64,000 nucleotides of DNA from Eledone cirrhosa. Taxonomy: Eukaryota. Location of the stretch: positions 195,548,001 to 195,612,000 of the forward strand of contig OZ024742.1 of the NCBI GenBank assembly GCA_964016885.1. Reading direction: 5' to 3'. Both the position numbers and the translations under genes were made by a program. Of the stretch, positions 54,001 to 64,000 are shown piece after piece (within the stretch, counting starts at the first letter, position 1; every line of letters starts with the position of its first letter). Below the pieces are notes generated by a model, which saw only the letters and a list, made by a program, of their open reading frames with translations, made no database searches and was not told where the DNA came from.

Positions 54001-57000
54001 ATACAAGATGGGCCCCATATCTATCATATGTTCCACTACCTCAACCTACAAGATGGCCCTAAATTTATCATATGTTCCACTACCTCAACCTACAAGATGG
54101 TCCCTAATCTATCATATGTTCCACTACCTCAACCTCCAAGATGGGCCCCAAATCTATCATATGTTCCACTACCTCAACATACAAGATGGTCCCTAATCTA
54201 TCATATGTTGCACTAGCTCAACCTACAAGAAGAGTCGCAAATCTATCATATATTCCACTACCTCAACCTACAAGATGGCCCCAAATCTATCATATGTTCC
54301 ACTACCTCAACCTACAAGATGGCCCCTAATCTATCATATATTCCACTACCTCAACCTACAGGATGGCCCCAAATCTATCATATGTTCCACTACCTCAACA
54401 TACAAGATGGGCCCCAAATCTATCATATGTTCCACTACCTCTACCTAGAAGATCTAATCTATCATATGTTCCTACTACCTCAACCTACAAGATGGGCCCC
54501 ACATCTATCATATGTTCCACTACCTCAACCTACAATAGGGCCCCTAATCATATGTTCCACTACCTCAACCTACAAGATGGGTCCCAAATTTATCATATGT
54601 TCCACTTCCTCAACATACAAGATGGGACCCAAATCTATCAGATGTTCAACTACCTCAACATACAAGATGGGTCCCAAATCTATCATATCTTCCACTACCT
54701 CAACCTACAAGATGCGCCCCAAATCTATCATATGTTCCACTACCTCAACATACAAGATGGACTTCAAATCTATCATATGTTCTACTACCACAACATACAA
54801 CATGGGACCCAAATCTATCTTATGTTCCCTCGCTCAACCTACCAGATGGGCCCCAAATCAATCATATGTTCCACTACCTCAACTACAAGATGGACTTCAA
54901 ATCTATCATATGTTCCACTCCCTCAACCTACAAGATGGCCCCTAATATATCATATGTTCCACTACCTCAACCTACAAGATGGGCCCCAAATCTATCATAT
55001 GTACCACTACCTCAATATACAAGATGGGCCCCAAATCTAGCATATGTTCCACTACCTCAACCTACAAGATGGCCCCTAATCTATCATATGTTCCACTACC
55101 TCAACATACAAGATGGGCTCCAAATCTATCATATGTTCCACTACCTCAACTACAAGATGGACTTCAAATCTATCATATGTTCCACTCCCTCAACCTACAA
55201 GATGGCCCCTAATATATCATATGTTCCACTACCTCAACCTACAAGATGGGCCCCAAATCTATCATATGTACCGCTACCTCAATATACAAGATGGGCCCCA
55301 AATCTATCATATGTTCCACTACCTCAACATACAAGATGGGCTCCAAATCTATCATATGTTCCACTACCTCAACCTACAAGATGGGCCCCTAATCTATCAT
55401 ATGTTCCACTACCTCAACATACAAGTTGGGCCCCAAATCTATCATATGTTCCACTACCTCAACCTACAAGATGGGCCCGTAATCTATCATATGTTCCACT
55501 ACCTCAACATACAAGATGGGCCCCAAATCTATCATATGTTCCACTACTTCAACCTACAAGATGGCCCCTAATCTATCATATGTTCAACTAACTCAACATA
55601 CAAGATCGGCAGCAAATCTATCATATGTTCCACTCCCTCAACCTACAAGATGGGCCCCAAATCTATCATATGTTCCACCACCTCAACATACAAGTTGGCC
55701 CCTAATCTCTCATATATGCCACTACCTCAACCTACAAGAAGAGTCGCAAATCTATCATATGTCCTACTACCTCAACATACAAGATGGGCCCCAAATCTAT
55801 CATATGTTCCACTACCTCAACCTACAAGATGGGCCCCAAATCTATCATATATGTTCCACTACCTCAACCTAAATGATGGGCCCCAAATCAATCATATGTT
55901 CCACTACCTCAACATACAAGATGGCCCCAAATCTATCATATGTTCCACTACCTCAACCTACAAGATGGCCCCTAATCTATCATATATGCCACTACCTTAA
56001 CCTACAAGAAGAGTCGCAAATCTATCATATGTCCTACTACCTCAACATACAAGTTGGGCCCCAAATCTTTCATATGTTCTACTACCTCAACATACAAGAT
56101 GGCCCCATATCTATCATATGTACCACTGCCTCAACCTACAAGATGGGCCCCAAATCTATCATATCTTCCACTACATCAACCTAAATGATGGGCCCCAAAT
56201 CAATCATATGTTCCACTACCTCAACTACAAGATGGACTTCAAATCTATCATATGTTCCACTCCCTCAACCTACAAGATGGCCCCTAATATATCATATGTT
56301 CCACTACATCAACCTACAAGATGGGCCCCAAATCTATCATATGTACCACTACCTCAAAATACAAGATGGGCCCCAAATCTAGCATATGTTCCACTACCTC
56401 AACCTACAAGATGGCCCCTAATCTATCATATGTTCCACTACCTCAACATACAAGATGGGCTCCAAATCTATCATATGTTCCACTACCTCAACCTACAAGA
56501 TGGGCCCCTAATCTATCATATGTTCCACTACCTCAACATACTAGTTGGGCTCCAAATCTATCATATGTTCAACTACCTCAACCTACAAGACGGGCCCGTA
56601 ATCTATCATATGTTCCACTACCTCAACATACAAGATGGGCCCCAAATCTATCATATGTTCCACTACCTCAACCTACAAGATGGCCCCTAATCTATCATAT
56701 GTTCCACTACCTCAACCTACAAGATGGGCCCCTAATCTATCATATGTTCCACTACCTCAACATACAAGTTGGGCCCCAAATCTATCATATGTTCCACTAC
56801 CTCAACCTACAAGACGGGCCCGTAATCTATCATATGTTCCACTACCTCAACATACAAGATGGGCCCCAAATCTATCATATGTTCCACTACCTCAACCTAC
56901 AAGATGGCCCCTAATCTATCATATGTTCCACTACCTCAACCTACAAGATGGCCCCAAATCTATCATATGTTCCACTATCTCAACCTACAAGAAGAGTCGC

Positions 57001-60000
57001 AAATCTATCATATGTTACACTACCTCAACATACAAGATGGGCCCAAAATCTATCATATGTTCCACTACCTCAACATACAAGATGGGCCCAAAATCTATCA
57101 TATGTTCCACTACCTCAACATACAAGATGGGCCCAAAATCTATCATATGTTCCACTACCTCAACATACAAGATGGGCCCAAAATCTATCATATGATCCAC
57201 TACCTCAACATACAAGATGGGCCCAAAATCTATCATATGTTCCACTACCTCAACCTAGAAGATCTAATCTATCATATGTTCCACTACCTCAACCTACAAG
57301 CTGGGCCCCACATCTATCATATGTTCCACTACCTCACCCTACAATAGGGCCCCTAATCATATGTTCCACTACCTCAACCTACAAGATGGGCCCCAAATCT
57401 ATCATATGTTCCACTACCTCAACCTATATGATGGGCCCCAAATCAATCATATGTTCCACTACCTCAACATACAAGATGGCCCCTAATCTGTCATATGTTC
57501 CACTACCTTAACATACAAGATGGGCTCCAAATCTATTATATGTTCCACTACCTCAACCTACAGGATGGCCCCTAATCTGTCATATGTTCCACTACCTTAA
57601 CATACAAGATGGGCTTCAAATCTATCATATGTTCCACTACCTCAACCTACAACATGGCCCCTAATCTGTCATATGTTCCACTACCTAAACATACGAGATG
57701 GGCTCCAAATCTATCATATGTTCCACTACCTCAACCTACAAGATGGCCCCTAATCTGTCATATGTTCCACTACCTCAACCTACAAGATGGACTTCAAATC
57801 TATCATATGTTCCACTACCTCAACATACAAGATGGGCCCCAAATCTATCATATGTTCCACTACCTCAACCTACAAGATGGGCCCCAAATCTATCATATAT
57901 TCCACTACCTCAGCATACAAGATGGGCCCCAAATCTATCATATATTCCACTACCTCAACATACAAGATGGGCCCCAAATCTATCATATGTTCCACTACCT
58001 CAAACTGCAAGGTGACCCCTAATCTATCATATGTTCCACTACGTCAACCTACAACTTGGGCCCCAAATCTATGATATGTTCCACTACCTCAACATACAAG
58101 ATGGGCCCCAAATCTATCATATGTTCCACTACCTCAACATACAAGATGGGCCCCAAATCTATAATATGTTCCACTACCTCAACCTGCAAGATGGCCCCAT
58201 ATCTATCATATGTTCCACTACCTCAACATACAAGATGGACCTCAAATCTATCATATGTTCCACTACCTCAACCTACAAGCTGGGTCCCAAATCTATCATA
58301 TGTTCCACTACCTCAACCTACAAGATGGGTCCCAAATCTATCATATGTTCCACTACCTCACCCTACAAGATGGGCCCCAAATCTGTCATATGTTCCACTA
58401 CCTCAACCTACAAGATGGGTCCCAAATCTATCATATGTTCCACTACCTCAACCTACAAGATGGGCCCCAAATCTATCATATGTTCCACTACCTCAACCTA
58501 CAAGATGGGCCCCAAATCTATCATATGTTCCACTACCTCAACATGCAAGATGGGCCCCAAATCTATCATATGTTCCACTACCTCAACCTACAAAATGGGC
58601 CCCAAATCTATCATATGTTCCACTACCTCAACCTACATGATGCGCCCCAAATCTATCATATGTTCCACTACCTCAACCTACAAGATGCGCCCAAATCTAT
58701 CATATGTTCCACTACCTCAACATACAAGATGGGACCCAAATCTATCATATGTTCCACTACCTCAACCTACATGATGCGCCCCAAATCTATCATATGTTCC
58801 ACTGCCTCAACATACAAGATGGGACCCAAATCAATCATATGTTCCACTACCTCAACATACAAGATGGGACCCAAATCTATCATATGTTCCACTACCTCAA
58901 CCTACAATAGGGCCCCTAATCATATGTTCCACTACCTCAACCTACAAGATGGGTCCCAAATTTATCATATGTTCCACTACCTCAACCTACAAGATGGGCC
59001 CCTAATCTATCATATGTTCCACTACCTCAACATACAAGTTGGGCCCCAAATCTATCATATGTTCCACTACCTCAACCTACAAGATGGGCCCGTAATCTAT
59101 CATATGTTCCACTACCTCAACATACAAGATGGGCCCCAAATCTATCATATGTTCCACTACTTCAACCTACAAGATGGCCCCTAATCTATCATATGTTCAA
59201 CTAACGCAACATACAAGATCGGCAGCAAATCTATCATATGTTCCACTCCCTCAACCTACAAGATGGGCCCCAAATCTATCATATGTTCCACCACCTCAAC
59301 ATACAAGTTGGCCCCTAATCTCTCATATATGCCACTACCTCAACCTACAAGAAGAGTCGCAAATCTATCATATGTCCTACTACCTCAACATACAAGATGG
59401 GCCCCAAATCTATCATATGTTCCACTACCTCAACCTACAAGATGGGCCCCAAATCTATCATATATGTTCCACTACCTCAACCTAAATGATGGGCCCCAAA
59501 TCAATCATATGTTCCACTACCTCAACATACAAGATGCGCCCCAAATCTATCATATGTTCCACTACCTCAACCTACAAGATGGCCCCTAATCTATCATATA
59601 TGCCACTACCTTAACCTACAAGAAGAGTCGCAAATCTATCATATGTCCTACTACCTCAACATACAAGTTGGGCCCCAAATCTTTCATATGTTCTACTACC
59701 TCAACATACAAGATGGCCCCAAATCTATCATATGTACCACTACCTCAACCTACAAGATGGGCCCCAAATCTATCATATCTTCCACTACATCAACCTAAAT
59801 GATGGGCCCCAAATCAATCATATGTTCCACTACCTCAACTACAAGATGGAATTCAAATCTATCATATGTTCCACTCCCTCAACCTACAAGATGGCCCCTA
59901 ATATATCATATGTTCCACTACATCAACCTACAAGATGGGCCCCAAATCTATCATATGTACCACTACCTCAAAATACAAGATGGGCCCCAAATCTAGCATA

Positions 60001-63000
60001 TGTTCCACTACCTCAACCTACAAGATGGCCCCTAATCTATCATATGTTCCACTACCTCAACATACAAGATGGGCTCCAAATCTATCACATGTTCCACTAC
60101 CTCAACCTACAAGATGGGCCCCTAATCTATCATATGTTCCACTACCTCAACATACTAGTTGGGCCCCAAATCTATCATATGTTCCACTACCTCAACCTAC
60201 AAGACGGGCCCGTAATCTATCATATGTTCCACTACCTCAACATACAAGATGGGCCCCAAATCTATCATATGTTCCACTACCTCAACCTACAAGATGGCCC
60301 CTAATCTATCATATGTTCCACTACCTCAACCTACAAGATGGGCCCCTAATCTATCATATGTTCCACTACCTCAACATACAAGTTGGGCCCCAAATCTATC
60401 ATATGTTCCACTACCTCAACCTACAAGACGGGCCCGTAATCTATCATATGTTCCACTACCTCAACATACAAGATGGGCCCCAAATCTATCATATGTTCCA
60501 CTACCTCAACCTACAAGATGGCCCCTAATCTATCATATGTTCCACTACCTCAACCTACAAGATGGCCCCAAATCTATCATATGTTCCACTATCTCAACCT
60601 ACAATAAGAGTCGCAAATCTATCATATGTTACACTACCTCAACATACAAGATGGGCCCAAAATCTATCATATGTTCCACTACCTCAACATACAAGATGGG
60701 CCCAAAATCTATCATATGTTCCACTACCTCAACATACAAGATGGGCCCAAAATCTATCATATGTTCCACTACCTCAACATACAAGATGGGCCCAAAATCT
60801 ATCATATGATCCACTACCTCAACATACAAGATGGGCCCAAAATCTATCATATGTTCCACTACCTCAACCTACAAGCTGGGCCCCACATCTATCATATGTT
60901 CCACTACCTCAGCCTACAATAGGGCCCCTAATCATATGTTCCACTACCTCAACCTACAAGATGGGCCCCAAATCTATCATATGTTCCACTACCTCAACCT
61001 ATATGATGGGCCCCAAATCAATCATATGTTCCACTACCTCAACATACAAGATGGCCCCTAATCTGTCATATGTTCCACTACCTTAACATACAAGATGGGC
61101 TCCAAATCTATTATATGTTCCACTACCTCAACCTACAGGATGGCCCCTAATCTGTCATATGTTCCACTACCTTAACATACAAGATGGGCTTCAAATCTAT
61201 CATATGTTCCACTACCTCAACCTACAACATGGCCCCTAATCTGTCATATGTTCCACTACCTAAACATAAGAGATGGGCTCCAAATCTATCATATGTTCCA
61301 CTACCTCAACCTACAAGATGGCCCCTAATCTGTCATATGTTCCACTACCTCAACCTACAAGATGGACTTCAAATCTATCATATGTTCCACTACCTCAACA
61401 TACAAGATGGGCCCCAAATCTATCATATGTTCCACTACCTCAACCTACAAGATGGGCCCCAAATCTATCATATATTCCACTACCTCAACATACAAGATGG
61501 GCCCCAAATCTATCATATATTCCACTACCTCAACATACAAGATGGGCCCCAAATCTATCATATGTTCCACTACCTCAAACTGCAAGGTGACCCCTAATCT
61601 ATCATATGTTCCACTACGTCAACCTACAACTTGGGCCCCAAATCTATGATATGTTCCACTACCTCAACATACAAGATGGGCCCCAAATCTATCATATGTT
61701 CCACTACCTCAACATACAAGATGGGCCCCAAATCTATAATATGTTCCACTACCTCAACCTGCAAGATGGCCCCATATCTATCATATGTTCCACTACCTCA
61801 ACATACAAGATGGACCTCAAATCTATCATATGTTCCACTACCTCAACCTACAAGCTGGGTCCCAAATCTATCATATGTTCCACTACCTCAACCTACAAGA
61901 TGGGTCCCAAATCTATCATATGTTCCACTACCTCACCCTACAAGATGGGCCCCAAATCTGTCATATGTTCCACTACCTCAACCTACAAGATGGGTCCCAA
62001 ATCTATCATATGTTCCACTACCTCAACCTACAAGATGGGCCCCAAATCTATCATATGTTCCACTACCTCAACCTACAAGATGGGCCCCAAATCTATCATA
62101 TGTTCCACTACCTCAACATGCAAGATGGGCCCCAAATCTATCATATGTTCCACTACCTCAACCTACAAAATGGGCCCCAAATCTATCATATGTTCCACTA
62201 CCTCAACCTACATGATGCGCCCCAAATCTATCATATGTTCCACTACCTCAACCTACAAGATGCGCCCAAATCTATCATATGTTCCACTACCTCAACATAC
62301 AAGATGGGACCCAAATCTATCATATGTTCCACTACCTCAACCTACATGATGCGCCCGAAATCTATCATATGTTCCACTGCCTCAACATACAAGATGGGAC
62401 CCAAATCAATCATATGTTCCACTACCTCAACATACAAGATGGGACCCAAATCTATCATATGTTCCACTACCTCAAACTACAATAGGGCCCCTAATCATAT
62501 GTTCCACTACCTCAACCTACAAGATGGGTCCCAAATTTATCATATGTTCCACTTCCTCAACATACAAGATGGGACCCAAATCTATCATATGTTCAACTAC
62601 CTCAACATACAAGATGGGCCCCAAATCTATCATATCTTCCACTACCTCAACCTACAAGATGCGCCCCAAATCTATCATATCTTCCACTACCTCAACCTAC
62701 AAGATTCGCCCCAAATCTATCATATGTTTCACTACCTCAACATACAAGATGGGACCCAAATTTATCATATGTTCTACTACCTCAACATACAAGATGGGCC
62801 CCAAATCTATCATATGTACCACTACCTCAACCTACAAGATGGGCCCCAAATCTATCATATCTTCCACTACATCAACCTAAATGATGGGCCCCAAATCAAT
62901 CATATGTTCCACTACCTCAACTACAAGATGGACTTCAAATCTATCATATGTTCCACTCCCTCAACCTACAAGATGGCCCCTAATATATCATATGTTCCAC

Positions 63001-64000
63001 TACCTCAACCTACAAGATGGGCCCCAAATCTATCATATGTACCACTACCTCAATATACAAGATGGGCCCCAAATCTATCATATGTTCCACTACCTCAACC
63101 TACAAGATGGGCCTCAAATCTCTCATATGTTCCACTACCTCAACCTAAAAGATGGGCCCCTAATCTATCATATGTTCCACTACCTCAACATACAAGTTGG
63201 GCCCCAAATCTATCATATGTTCCACTACCTCAACCTACAAGATGGGCCCGTAATCTATCATATGTTCCACTACCTCAACATACAAGATGGGCCCCAAATC
63301 TATCATATGTTCCACTACTTCAACCTACAAGATGGCCCCTAATCTATCATATGTTCCACTAACTCAACATACAAGATCGGCAGCAAATCTATCATATGTT
63401 CCACTCCCTCAACCTACAAGATGGGCCCCAAATCTAGCATATTTTCCACCACCTCAACATACAAGTTGGCCCCTAATCTCTCATATATGCCACTACCTCA
63501 ACCTACAAGAAGAGTCGCAAATCTATCATATGTCCTACTACCTCAACATACAAGATGGGCCCCAAATCTATCATATGTTCCACTACCTCAACCTACAAGA
63601 TGGGCCCCAAATCTATCATATGTTCCACTACCTCAACCTAAATGATGGGCCCCAAATCAATCATATGTTCCACTACCTCAACCTACAAGATGGGTCCCAA
63701 ATCTATCATATGTTCCACTACCTCACCCTACAAGATGGGCCCCAAATCTGTCATATGTTCCACTACCTCAACCTACAAGATGGGTCCCAAATCTATCATA
63801 TGTTCCACTACCTCAACATGCAAGATGGGCCCCAAATCTATCATATGTTCCACTACCTCAACCTACAAAATGGGCCCCAAATCTATCATATGTTCCACTA
63901 CCTCAACCTACATGATGCGCCCCAAATCTATCATATGTTCCACTACCTCAACATACAAGATGGGCCCCAAATCTATCATATGTTCCACTACCTCAACCTA
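9077..64000 (+). repeat. 45-bp satellite DNA array (about 1,200 monomers, runs off the window)
   Basis: Head-to-tail copies of AAATCTATCATATGTTCCACTACCTCAACCTACAAGATGGGCCCC with 44-bp, 46-bp and about 39-40-bp variants; one orientation throughout; no foreign insertion seen. Confidence 0.99.

Noticed and set aside
9111-63645. Giant repetitive protein gene from the many + strand ORFs
   Set aside because: ORFs overlap in all three frames, frameshifting 44-bp monomers and stops are frequent, and there is no unique N- or C-terminal domain
9077-64000. CRISPR array or repeat-spacer system
   Set aside because: No unique spacers: the variable part is only a few substitutions in a 7-bp motif. The context is eukaryotic and no cas genes are present

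Overview
AT-rich animal genomic DNA. The SINEs, LINEs and microsatellites resemble a coleoid cephalopod such as Octopus, but that assignment is inference. Positions 1-9.07 kb are a repeat patchwork: clusters of tRNA-derived SINEs on both strands, a decayed L1/Tx1-type LINE fragment, a 5'-truncated LINE with a restriction-like endonuclease (R4/Dong-like) carrying a nested hAT MITE, a Tc1/mariner-type MITE, and many microsatellites. The only credible coding sequence is a terminal exon (4227-4475) encoding a 10-cysteine prokineticin/colipase-fold peptide. From about 9077 to the window end is one uninterrupted, single-orientation array of a 45-bp satellite (consensus AAATCTATCATATGTTCCACTACCTCAACCTACAAGATGGGCCCC, about 1,200 monomers by length). 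It has nested higher-order duplications of roughly 0.8, 1.3, 2.5-3.6, 10 and 27 kb. The hundreds of ORFs in the array are artefacts of a monomer with no stop codon on the + strand. The most intriguing observation is that the consensus monomer carries ACTACCTCA, the perfect complement of let-7 nt 1-9, so a + strand transcript would be a very dense let-7 site array. This is a hypothesis and coincidence is not excluded.
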